Below, one piece after another: positions 28,845 to 37,193 of a stretch of 64,000 nt of DNA. The DNA lies in the sequence record MW749006.1. The stretch is one strand, 5' to 3'. The notes beneath the pieces were generated by a model that made no database searches, had not been told where the DNA came from, and saw nothing but the letters and a program-made list of their open reading frames with translations. Numbering within the stretch: position 1 is the stretch's first letter; each line of letters starts with the position of its first letter. A program made the position numbers and the translations under genes.

Positions 28845-29711
28845 ATGAGTCGTATTACTAACGCTTTGTTGTCCAATGGTTACAACAAAACAAACAATGC
28901 AATGCTTGACCTGCAACATGGTGGTCAAGGTGGTTGGATGCCTAACCACACTGAGTGGATCAGTAACCAAGCTTACGTATCACGTCCTTTGGTATGTGTT
29001 ATGTTGGAAGCTCCTCAGATGTTTAAGCGTATGCCTAACCCTGAGAAGTGGATTGCTAGCTTGAAAGCTTTATTTGAACTACATCCACGTAGTATCGAAG
29101 GTTTGGCTGCTGGTCTTAAAGTTGATACTGATGAGCACGCTGTAGGTGGTGCTGGTGAAATGCAAACTGAGATTGTTAACGTTACTCGTGAACGTTCAAC
29201 TCCTCGTTTTGCTTACACTGAGAAGTATGGTCGTCCTATTCAGAACTTGTTAGACTTCTGGATTCGCTACGGTATGATGGATCCAGAGACTAAGTTTGCT
29301 CTTCTGGGTGCTACTAGCGGACAAGGTATGACTGATCACCTGGCTGATTGGTATAGTGCTACATGTCTGTTCTTTGAACCAGACCACAACCACAAGCGTG
29401 TTGATAAAGCTTGGATTGTTACTAACATGTTCCCAACTAGCAACGGTGATTTAGTTGCTAAGCGTGACTTGACGAGTTCACAAGAAATTCTGCAGTTGGA
29501 TATTGAATTTCCTGGTATTGCTCAATCAGGTTTTGGTGTTAAAGCTTTTGCTCAGGGTATCCTTGACAAGATCAATATCACTAACGCTGATCCTAACATG
29601 AAGCCTTCTTTCATTACTGACATTCACGCTGACGTTAAAGCAGCTGACAAAGTTGGTTATAAGAGCTGGACTGAAGAAGTAGGTAAAACAGCTATGGATA
29701 AGATGTCTTAA
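28845..29711 (+). CDS. Tail tube / major virion protein (phiKZ gp30-like)
   Basis: Follows sheath; WISNQAYV, FELHPRSIEGL, EKYGRPIQ, GMMDPETK. Confidence 0.8.
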   Translation: MSRITNALLSNGYNKTNNAMLDLQHGGQGGWMPNHTEWISNQAYVSRPLVCVMLEAPQMFKRMPNPEKWIASLKALFELHPRSIEGLAAGLKVDTDEHAVGGAGEMQTEIVNVTRERSTPRFAYTEKYGRPIQNLLDFWIRYGMMDPETKFALLGATSGQGMTDHLADWYSATCLFFEPDHNHKRVDKAWIVTNMFPTSNGDLVAKRDLTSSQEILQLDIEFPGIAQSGFGVKAFAQGILDKINITNADPNMKPSFITDIHADVKAADKVGYKSWTEEVGKTAMDKMS

Positions 29712-29730
29712 TCCTAACTGTGTGAAGAAT

Positions 29731-29768
29731 CCACCACCTAGGGTTCGCCTTAGGTGGTGGGTATCTTT
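29731..29768 (+). terminator. Hairpin of the ccaccacc..ggtggtgg family
   Basis: ccaccacctagg-gttcg-ccttaggtggtgg. Confidence 0.65.
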
Positions 29769-29802
29769 TGGATATTTAGCTAACAGTTAAAGGCGGTGTG
29801 TT

Positions 29803-30591
29803 GTGGAGATCATCAAGTTTACAGAAGCAGTATTTGCTTCTAAGGGAATGAAGGGTATTATTACCCCTGATAGTGACGGTTATTATACAGTAGTTGTTGG
29901 TGCTCTCAACACTTATAACAGTGCTGGTGAGTACTATACCGCACAAGACGCTACAGAGCTGTTTAACAGCTCTTCTATCTTTATGCGACGTGTTAAGAAT
30001 GGTGCTCTTTACGCTGAAGTAGGACACCCTAAGAAGCTTCCTGGGATGGGTAACGACGAGTTCTATAATCGTGTTCTCTCTATTGAAGAGACTAACGTAT
30101 GCGGACACTTTAGTGAGATCAGTTTAGATCCTAGTTTTGGTGCTAAACATCCTGAATTAAACAATCCTGATTTGATCGCTATCATTGCTAAAGTTAAACC
30201 AGCTGGTCCTAAAGCTGAAGCATTACGTATTGCGTTAGAGAATCCTAAACAGAACTCAGCTTTTAGTATTCGTGCTTTGACTGAGAACAAGTTTAGAAAT
30301 GGTCGAGTAGAAAGGCGCTTAACTACTATCGTTACTTTTGACTTTGTATTAGAACCTGGTATCAGTGTGGCCACTAAAGCTATGTCTCCTGGTTTAGAAG
30401 ATCATAAAGAACGTCAGAGTTATTCTGTTAAAGAGGTAAGTGATACTACAGTTGATCGTGCTGTCTTAGCAAGTGTGCTTAAACGTAACTTGGAGTTTGT
30501 TGGTATGGAGTCTAACAGTCGTGCTTTGTATGATGACGTACTGAAAGGTTTAGCTCCTCGTCAAGTTAAGAGTAAGTTGAGTGATTGGTGA
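29803..30591 (+). CDS. T4 gp21-like prohead protease-fold protein (phiKZ gp32-like)
   Basis: GALNTYNSAGEYY, GALYAEVGHP, VKPAGP, AFSIRALT, IVTFDFVLEPGI. Confidence 0.65.
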   Translation: MEIIKFTEAVFASKGMKGIITPDSDGYYTVVVGALNTYNSAGEYYTAQDATELFNSSSIFMRRVKNGALYAEVGHPKKLPGMGNDEFYNRVLSIEETNVCGHFSEISLDPSFGAKHPELNNPDLIAIIAKVKPAGPKAEALRIALENPKQNSAFSIRALTENKFRNGRVERRLTTIVTFDFVLEPGISVATKAMSPGLEDHKERQSYSVKEVSDTTVDRAVLASVLKRNLEFVGMESNSRALYDDVLKGLAPRQVKSKLSDW

Positions 30592-30602
30592 TTAACATTA
30601 CT

Positions 30603-30632
30603 AGGAGAGGAGGACTTCGGTTCTTCTCTCTT
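30603..30632 (+). terminator. Hairpin/terminator with UUCG loop
   Basis: gagaggaggac-ttcg-gttcttctctc. Confidence 0.65.
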
Positions 30633-30653
30633 GGTTATTGAAGTTTTTATGAT

Positions 30654-30666
30654 TACATATATAACA
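30654..30666 (+). promoter_or_regulatory. Promoter motif copy 5 (tacatatataaca)
   Basis: Intergenic, upstream of the HD-domain gene. Confidence 0.6.
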
Positions 30667-30714
30667 CTTAGAGACTATACAGAATACATCTGTTAGGACA
30701 TTGGAGTAATAATT

Positions 30715-31323
30715 ATGAAAGAAGAAGTATTTAATAAGTTAGTTTTAGAACACATTACTAACCTTGGTGGATTCTACAACACAATGGACCGAGCTCACGG
30801 GTTAGATCACTTTAAACGAGTGTTTGATTGTGGAGTTGTTTTAAACAATTCATTGTCCTACGAAGATCAGTTCAGTGAAAGAATGATCTTTGCAGTTGCT
30901 TACACCCATGACATATTCACTGCTGTTTGTCGTGAACACCACCACACTTTCGCTGGGCAGTTTGTGCGTAACAACGCTAAACTCTTCTTTGGGTACTTGT
31001 GTTCAGGTGAGATAGAATTTGTAGCTTTAGCTTGTGAACAACACAGGGCTAGTTACACTGGTAAGTTTACTAATCCTTTCTGTGAACTTATGAACTCAGC
31101 AGACCGAGAACTACCTACGTCAGCTAAAGATATCTTAGCCAGAGCTATTCTTTACCGTGAGGACCATTATCCTCATGAAACTAAAGAACAAGTCTTAGCT
31201 GAGTCAGTCCAACACTTGAAAGACAAATTCGGTCACGGAGGTTACGCACGCTACCCTGATCTTTACGAACGTACCTTTAAGAAGGAGTTAGATTTTATTA
31301 GAGACGAGATAGCTCATATGTAA
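30715..31323 (+). CDS. HD-domain metal-dependent phosphohydrolase
   Basis: AHGLDHFKRV, YTHDI, EQHR, NSADR. Confidence 0.82.
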   Translation: MKEEVFNKLVLEHITNLGGFYNTMDRAHGLDHFKRVFDCGVVLNNSLSYEDQFSERMIFAVAYTHDIFTAVCREHHHTFAGQFVRNNAKLFFGYLCSGEIEFVALACEQHRASYTGKFTNPFCELMNSADRELPTSAKDILARAILYREDHYPHETKEQVLAESVQHLKDKFGHGGYARYPDLYERTFKKELDFIRDEIAHM

Positions 31324-31326
31324 TAC

Positions 31327-31360
31327 AGAGAGAGGACTAACCATCCTCTCTTTCTTTTTT
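31327..31360 (+). terminator. Intrinsic terminator
   Basis: agagagagga-ctaacca-tcctctcttt followed by a T-tract. Confidence 0.7.
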
Positions 31361-31406
31361 CCTTTAACCTTACATTTATTGAACCTAACCAAAGGAGTTA
31401 ATTCTC

Positions 31407-31526
31407 GTGAAAATTAAAACTAAGTTTGGACAAGTCCCTTCTAAACAGAAGACAGTTGCTGAAGTAATGGAACAGCGTTTAGAAGAAGAGAAAGCTAAAC
31501 GTAAAACTGAAGAAAAGAAAGACTAA
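31407..31526 (+). CDS. Small basic peptide (39 aa)
   Basis: AAAGGAG RBS, GTG 31407 to TAA 31526. Confidence 0.45.
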   Translation: MKIKTKFGQVPSKQKTVAEVMEQRLEEEKAKRKTEEKKD

Positions 31527-31529
31527 CTA

Positions 31530-31832
31530 ATGCTTAAGATATCTTCAGTTCAAGATGACTTATCTTCGTTGTTAGAATCTGAACACATCGTTGTTTGTTT
31601 CAATGACCTATATAAGTCGGTTGGACTTAACCCACCAACTAAAACCCTACACATGGACTTATTCTTACACCACGCTTATTGTCCAACTGTAGAGATAGAT
31701 ACAGATATAGAAGCTGCTAATCCTGATTTAGATAAATGGGATATTGCAGTTAGAGTAGATATGATAGAAGTTATATTATCTAAAGTCTACACTGATAAAA
31801 GATTAGATTCAATATTACAAGTGTACTTCTGA
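31530..31832 (+). CDS. Hypothetical protein
   Basis: 100-aa ORF. Confidence 0.6.
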   Translation: MLKISSVQDDLSSLLESEHIVVCFNDLYKSVGLNPPTKTLHMDLFLHHAYCPTVEIDTDIEAANPDLDKWDIAVRVDMIEVILSKVYTDKRLDSILQVYF

Positions 31833-31844
31833 ACAATACATAGG

Positions 31845-31897
31845 TACATATATAATACATAGATGTCTATACCTATCAGCTTAGGTTGGTAGGTATA
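31845..31897 (+). promoter_or_regulatory. Promoter motif copy 6 + leader hairpin
   Basis: tacatatataatac, then ctatacctatcagc-ttag-gttggtaggtatag. Confidence 0.72.
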
Positions 31898-31922
31898 GTT
31901 ACTTCCATATAGGAGAAACAAT

Positions 31923-32273
31923 ATGCTTTACATTGTACGTGGGTTATCAGATAACGCAAATAGCGATATTGCAGTGCAGATGGGTATAGATGGTTTAGTT
32001 GATTCGGTAATCGGAACTAGCGATATGTTATACCAAGCTGCTTGTGTTCGTGAAGCTGAACTGGAATTAGCAAAAGGATTACGAGTAGCTGTGTCTTGTC
32101 CTCTTTGGTATAAAGAAGCGGTTGAACTCTTTACTAAGTTAACTGATAAGTTTGAAGTAATCCGTGTAGAACCTAACACCGATGGTTTAGTAGACAAAGC
32201 TACGTTGGGTTATCTTGAAGATCGTTTTGAAGATTATCCAGGTGAAACTATTATTAACGCTATTAATAACTAA
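31923..32273 (+). CDS. Hypothetical protein, possibly a degenerate P-loop kinase fold
   Basis: MLYIVRGLS start resembles AAA_33 kinases but GKS/T is absent. Confidence 0.5.
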   Translation: MLYIVRGLSDNANSDIAVQMGIDGLVDSVIGTSDMLYQAACVREAELELAKGLRVAVSCPLWYKEAVELFTKLTDKFEVIRVEPNTDGLVDKATLGYLEDRFEDYPGETIINAINN

Positions 32274-32284
32274 GAGGATAAGTT

Positions 32285-32944
32285 ATGTGGTTGAAACTAA
32301 TTACTGCAGTAGAACAATTACCTAAAGGAGTTGTACCTGTTAAGTTACCTGTCGTGTATGACACTATGACAGAGTTGTATTATGAATTAGGAGAAGGTAA
32401 ACCGTTCACTAAAGACGAGTCTTACATAGAACCTATTCCGCTAGTTAACTTAGATCGAGATAATCGAATCTTAAAGTTCATGTCTGTCTTAACTGGGATT
32501 AAAACTGGCACTCCAAGACAGCAAAGTAAGATACATAGTTTTCTTCTTACTAAACACTCCAAGACAACAAACAACAATGACTATCTAACTAGAGACTGTA
32601 TGTCGCCTCGTTGTATCTACAATCTAGGTTCTCTCTGGAGACGATTAACTGACATGTATCACTGTGGTCAAAAGTTCTTAGTAGAAGAATTAGATGTCAG
32701 AGATCGTGACACGGTAAAAAGAACATCGTTGATTGGTTACACTAATAGAAACCTAACAGGTTACATCTGTGTTGCGTTTGGTATCATGGGTGGTTTGAAA
32801 GGTATTGTAGAAGTGACTAAACACGAAGGTGACAAGGTAGAATTTAAGATGTTAGGTATTGGCAATAGAAGTAGTAATATTAAAGGATATCTAGCACCCA
32901 TTCACCATGTATCTAAACAAGAAGTTTGGAAGACAACGGAGTAA
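32285..32944 (+). CDS. Hypothetical protein
   Basis: 219-aa ORF with GAGGA RBS. Confidence 0.65.
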   Translation: MWLKLITAVEQLPKGVVPVKLPVVYDTMTELYYELGEGKPFTKDESYIEPIPLVNLDRDNRILKFMSVLTGIKTGTPRQQSKIHSFLLTKHSKTTNNNDYLTRDCMSPRCIYNLGSLWRRLTDMYHCGQKFLVEELDVRDRDTVKRTSLIGYTNRNLTGYICVAFGIMGGLKGIVEVTKHEGDKVEFKMLGIGNRSSNIKGYLAPIHHVSKQEVWKTTE

Positions 32945-32948
32945 ACTC

Positions 32949-33383
32949 ATGAGACTATTTCAGAAGACCAAAGACGGTGGTAAAGATTCTACGGTAGACG
33001 CTTTCTTTCTAATTGAATTGAAAGGTTTATTTAGTGTAGCTTTGTTACGCTTTAATAAAGGTAGTAGAGTTAACTATCACAGTCACGCGTTCAATGCTTT
33101 TACTTGGTTCCTATCTGGAGACATGGTAGAACATCGTTTAAGTAATAACTCAGTTACTGTGAAGGAAACTAAATACAAGCGTAGTGTATTCCCTAAGGTC
33201 ACAAGTAAAGATAACTTACACAAAGTTATAGCTAACGAGACTTCATGGTGTTTTACTATCCGTGGTCCGTGGTCAGATCAATGGGTAGAGTTTAATCAAG
33301 AAAGACTTGAGAAGATTACATTAACTCATGGTCGTAAAGTAGTGAAAGTTGAAGAATTAAAAGATATTATTAAAGTAGTTTAA
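32949..33383 (+). CDS. Cupin-fold protein
   Basis: YHSHAFNAF...GDMVE...LHKV...WCFTIRGP metal-binding cupin pattern. Confidence 0.65.
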   Translation: MRLFQKTKDGGKDSTVDAFFLIELKGLFSVALLRFNKGSRVNYHSHAFNAFTWFLSGDMVEHRLSNNSVTVKETKYKRSVFPKVTSKDNLHKVIANETSWCFTIRGPWSDQWVEFNQERLEKITLTHGRKVVKVEELKDIIKVV

Positions 33384-33398
33384 TTAGAGAGAACAATT

Positions 33399-33905
33399 AT
33401 GTTGGATAAATTACAGATCCATATTAAAGAGTTACAAAACGACCCTGAAGGAAACTCTAGAGAAATTAACACCAAATACGGAGTCATTACTGTTAAGTTT
33501 CATCGCGACACTAGGTTAGGTGAGATAATAGCAAACCCCGTAACAGTTACTAGTTTGTTTTTAAAGAACGTTATTAGTGACACCCCGTCCGCTTCACTTG
33601 TAATAGAAGATCTACTTAAAATCACCTGCCTACTTAAAGATGTTCGCGTGGAAATGAATAATTTTCAGGATGCCAAGATACACTTGTATTCTGAAGTATT
33701 GGACTTAGCTTCTATTGATGTTATAGCTGTAACCATTGATGTCAGATCTAAAGTCAAATTAACCCGAGTAGAAAAGATCTATCAAACAGAACAACTTTAC
33801 AAACAAGGTTACACTCAGATGGAGATTGCTAATCGTTTAAACGTTAGTCAAAAAACTATCAGTAATTACATTAAGAAAATTGGAGAAACAAATGTCAAAA
33901 GCTAA
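33399..33905 (+). CDS. Protein with C-terminal helix-turn-helix
   Basis: GYTQMEIANRLNVSQKTISNYI. Confidence 0.75.
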   Translation: MLDKLQIHIKELQNDPEGNSREINTKYGVITVKFHRDTRLGEIIANPVTVTSLFLKNVISDTPSASLVIEDLLKITCLLKDVRVEMNNFQDAKIHLYSEVLDLASIDVIAVTIDVRSKVKLTRVEKIYQTEQLYKQGYTQMEIANRLNVSQKTISNYIKKIGETNVKS

Positions 33906-34905
33906 AGACGTAGTTCTATTTCACGCACAGTGCACCGACGGTATGTTTGCGGCATACGCACACTACCTCTGTAAAGGCAGTAGAGCTAACACAGTGTATA
34001 TCCCTGTAGGTTACACAGGTCTTCGGGATAAGTCTCCTAGTGAAGTTGTAGAGTCTCTACTATGTAATATTGAAGATATTGAAAAACGTGATGTTTATAT
34101 CTTAGACTTCTCGTTTGATCCAGTAGTCTTAGAGTTGATGGGTAAGAAAGTTAACAGTGTTCTTATTTTAGATCACCACCTATCTGCTAGTAAGGTCTAC
34201 TCAGACCACTACAAAGAAGAAGCTAAAAATGGTATTCTACAACTGAACATCACTGATAACACTCGTGTCTTCTTCGACATGAATCGCAGTGGTGCTATGA
34301 TTGCGTTCAATTACTTCTTCCCTGATATTTCTACTGAGAACGTACCTACCCCGTTCAAGTGGGTGCAGGATCGTGATTTGTGGAAGTTTGAATACGGTCA
34401 GACTAAAGAGTTTGCGGCTGGTATTCGTCACCATACTGCTATGTTAGACTTTAAGAAAGTGGGAGATCTTCAAGTACTACATAACCTACTTGAACATGAG
34501 CTTTCTAAAGTAATGTCTACAGGTACTTTACTTGTTACTGAACGAGAAGATCGTGTTAACCGTGAGAAGAAAAACGGTTATAAGCAAGTGTGGATTAACG
34601 GTCAGAGAGTAGCATTCATCAACGCACCTTTAGACATTGCATCTGAGTTAGGTAACTCTATTGTAATGGACGGTCGTGTTGGTATTGCTGTTATCTATGT
34701 AGTAGCACCTGGACGTTCTAGTGATCAACGCGAAGATCTTCCTACAGTGTTATGTTCTATTCGCTCACATGACGACGTAGATAGTTTGTTCTTTGCTAAA
34801 CACTTTGGTGGTGGTGGTCACGCTCAATCTAACGGTTGCGCTATCTCCTTAGAACAACTCAACCGCTTCTTAACTGTGAAGGGTAACCACACTCTAGTTA
34901 AGTAA
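33892..34905 (+). CDS. DHH/DHHA1 family phosphoesterase
   Basis: FHAQCTDG, ILDFSF, LDHH, SGA, QDRDLWKF, SIRS, FGGGGH. Confidence 0.9.
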   Translation: MSKAKDVVLFHAQCTDGMFAAYAHYLCKGSRANTVYIPVGYTGLRDKSPSEVVESLLCNIEDIEKRDVYILDFSFDPVVLELMGKKVNSVLILDHHLSASKVYSDHYKEEAKNGILQLNITDNTRVFFDMNRSGAMIAFNYFFPDISTENVPTPFKWVQDRDLWKFEYGQTKEFAAGIRHHTAMLDFKKVGDLQVLHNLLEHELSKVMSTGTLLVTEREDRVNREKKNGYKQVWINGQRVAFINAPLDIASELGNSIVMDGRVGIAVIYVVAPGRSSDQREDLPTVLCSIRSHDDVDSLFFAKHFGGGGHAQSNGCAISLEQLNRFLTVKGNHTLVK

Positions 34906-34954
34906 TTTAAACACTCCCAGAGGGATTGTAGTTCCTCTGGGTTAGGGTACAGAA

Positions 34955-35203
34955 ATGCACATCGAGAATAAAGAAATAACTTATAAATTCACTATCAGAG
35001 GGAATAAGTTTAAGATTGTTATATGGAAAGGTTTCATTAGAGTTTACAAGGAAAGGAGTGAAATCACTACCTTAATACCTAGTCAACTAAAGAACATACT
35101 AAACGCTTTAGAGTATAAAGTATTTGGTGTATCAAATTACACTGAATTCGGATATGAAATACTATCCCCTCCAGAACGTTTTAATCTTGCTACCAAGGAA
35201 TAA
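34955..35203 (+). CDS. Hypothetical protein
   Basis: 82-aa ORF. Confidence 0.55.
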   Translation: MHIENKEITYKFTIRGNKFKIVIWKGFIRVYKERSEITTLIPSQLKNILNALEYKVFGVSNYTEFGYEILSPPERFNLATKE

Positions 35204-35207
35204 CCTA

Positions 35208-35459
35208 ATGACTAAACATATTATAAGTCACACCAAGTTAACAAATGAATCTCATAACTTAGTTATCTACGAAGGAGACACTAAAGACATTTACAAAGTA
35301 CGCGTGGATGGTGAAAAGATAAAAATCCATCATCTATTACAAGACGACCAGGGGTTGATAAAATACCCAGTGTCTCTCCTGTCTGAGATCGGGTTGGATA
35401 TTACTTCTTTATTAAACTTTGAAGCTTGGAGTAGTGACGATGACCATGTTAGTAGTTAA
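35208..35459 (+). CDS. Small paralog-array protein 1
   Basis: VIYEGDTKDIYKV motif; ATG 35208 with AAGGA RBS. Confidence 0.6.
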   Translation: MTKHIISHTKLTNESHNLVIYEGDTKDIYKVRVDGEKIKIHHLLQDDQGLIKYPVSLLSEIGLDITSLLNFEAWSSDDDHVSS

Positions 35460-35754
35460 CACTAAATCAGATAACCACGGTAATAAAAAGGTTCTCGTAC
35501 ACGACTCAGCTACAGGTCATTTATATGAAGTAGAATATCTGTCTACAGGAGGAGCTTCGGTTAAGGTATTAAATACAACTGATACTGGTGTGGTAAACAA
35601 GAAAGCAGTTGACTTATCCACAGAAGAAGCTAAGAAACTTTTCTCTTCTGTTAAGGGTATGAACGTGACTAACACTATTCTTAAAGAACACTTGATAGTC
35701 TACACTCTAGTGGAATCTAAACCACGTTCCAGTGGTAGTGGGGTGTTAGCGTAA
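35440..35754 (+). CDS. Small paralog-array protein 2
   Basis: VLVHDSATGHLYEV motif. Confidence 0.6.
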   Translation: MTMLVVNTKSDNHGNKKVLVHDSATGHLYEVEYLSTGGASVKVLNTTDTGVVNKKAVDLSTEEAKKLFSSVKGMNVTNTILKEHLIVYTLVESKPRSSGSGVLA

Positions 35755-36029
35755 TGGCTATGTTTATCTTGAACCACCAACAATCAGCTGGAGAACAGAT
35801 CTTTACTGTGCTAGATGGTTCTGCTAATATCCTTTACTATGTATCACTGGAAAAGAACTTGATGGGTATTTCAGTTCTTAAAGAGGTTGTCGGTAGATTA
35901 ACTAGAATAGTAGTTGACATACCAGACAGTAAAGCTAAAGAAATAGCTGACTTAGTTACTCCGGACGGAGTAGATGAAATTAGACCTATTAAAGAAATCC
36001 GTTATGTATTAAAACTAGCTAAGGGGTAA
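35754..36029 (+). CDS. Small paralog-array protein 3
   Basis: TVLDGSANILYYV motif. Confidence 0.6.
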   Translation: MAMFILNHQQSAGEQIFTVLDGSANILYYVSLEKNLMGISVLKEVVGRLTRIVVDIPDSKAKEIADLVTPDGVDEIRPIKEIRYVLKLAKG

Positions 36030-36035
36030 AGTCCG

Positions 36036-36278
36036 ATGACTACTGAAAGAGATTTACACACTATCAACGCTAAAGAATCTGAGGGAACTGAAAAGTATCC
36101 TTGGTTTATCTTTGACTTTAACTCTAAGGTATTATATACCGTGTCCGTTATTAAAGGTTATTTTAGAGTTGGTCGATACTACTCCGATAACGGAGAAGCT
36201 AAGATTGAGTACACTGATATTAGTGACGAAGAGATAGATGCTTTGTTCTATCACGTTTACCCTAAACCAACCGAATAG
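36036..36278 (+). CDS. Small paralog-array protein 4
   Basis: FIFDFNSKVLYTV motif. Confidence 0.6.
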   Translation: MTTERDLHTINAKESEGTEKYPWFIFDFNSKVLYTVSVIKGYFRVGRYYSDNGEAKIEYTDISDEEIDALFYHVYPKPTE

Positions 36279-36329
36279 TAATATTAACTCTACACTAAAC
36301 CCATAAACTTAAAAGAAGAGAGACAACAT

Positions 36330-36668
36330 ATGTCATTTCACCTGATCAAAAAAGAAGACAAAGACAACAACCTAACTGTAGCTACCGTGTTTGACGGTAC
36401 AATGGGTATGTTGTATCGAGTAACTAAGAACGTAGATAAGTTCTATGTTGAACATTTATCTGAGTCTAGTAACGGTGAAACTCTATTAGCTACAGAAGCT
36501 AAGTTAGACGATAGCACTGCGTTAGAGATTCTTAAGGTAGCTATTCCTAGTACTGTACTTGGTATCAAGAAACTAGTAACTACTCACTATGAATTAAGTA
36601 AAGAAGAAGTTAAAGATAATACTTGTGTCATTACTCAGTTTAAAGTAGAAGGTAGCGCAGCTCACTAA
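36330..36668 (+). CDS. Small paralog-array protein 5
   Basis: TVFDGTMGMLYRV motif. Confidence 0.6.
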   Translation: MSFHLIKKEDKDNNLTVATVFDGTMGMLYRVTKNVDKFYVEHLSESSNGETLLATEAKLDDSTALEILKVAIPSTVLGIKKLVTTHYELSKEEVKDNTCVITQFKVEGSAAH

Positions 36669-36679
36669 TAAAGACTTAT

Positions 36680-36726
36680 CCACCAAGAAGCCTAATAAGC
36701 TTCTTGGTGGTAGTGTTCTTTTTTTC
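36680..36726 (+). terminator. Intrinsic terminator
   Basis: ccaccaagaagc-ctaataa-gcttcttggtgg followed by a T-tract. Confidence 0.8.
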
Positions 36727-36737
36727 TTTAGATGTGA

Positions 36738-36797
36738 CTGAAATTCTTACAGTTACATATATATTACCTAGAGAGATACAGTGTAATTCTATACTGT
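36738..36797 (+). promoter_or_regulatory. 60-bp promoter (copy 7) + leader hairpin module, paired with 49095-49154
   Basis: 54/60 identical to 49095-49154; contains tacatatatattac and tacagtgta-attc-tatactgt. Confidence 0.8.
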
Positions 36798-36819
36798 ATA
36801 ATTATTGTTGGAGGTCTCT

Positions 36820-37104
36820 ATGTGTAATTTATCAGCTTTAGTTAATGGAGATCTCACTGATCGCCAGATACTATCAGTTAAGAAACTAGATGAAGTTCGT
36901 AAAGAAGGACTACCTTTAGTAGAACGCATTCCGTACATAATGGAATGTATGTTCGAAATGGAACTCTCTTTTGAGTACGTTGAAAGTTTTATTGTTAAGT
37001 TGATTAACAGAGCCAAAGAAAGACACTTAAAAGAAGTGTCTTCTAATTTAACAAACCTAGACACTGAGTTGATGGAGTTATCTCCACGGGTGTTTCTAGG
37101 TTAA
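36820..37104 (+). CDS. Hypothetical protein in a monocistronic cassette
   Basis: GGAGG RBS then ATG 36820. Confidence 0.65.
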   Translation: MCNLSALVNGDLTDRQILSVKKLDEVRKEGLPLVERIPYIMECMFEMELSFEYVESFIVKLINRAKERHLKEVSSNLTNLDTELMELSPRVFLG

Positions 37105-37147
37105 GAAGGAACACATAACCGACGTTTAATAAAGTATAGTTTAAAGA

Positions 37148-37187
37148 AACCACTACCCGGCTAACGCTAGGTAGTGGTTTCTTTTTT
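37148..37187 (+). terminator. Intrinsic terminator; exact reverse complement of the 49461 hairpin
   Basis: aaccactacccggctaacgctaggtagtggtt followed by tcttttttc. Confidence 0.85.
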
Positions 37188-37193
37188 CTTTCT

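Noticed and set aside
32285-32944. HNH/Zn-finger homing endonuclease call from the CMSPRC motif
   Set aside because: The expected His/Asn catalytic residues are missing; left as hypothetical
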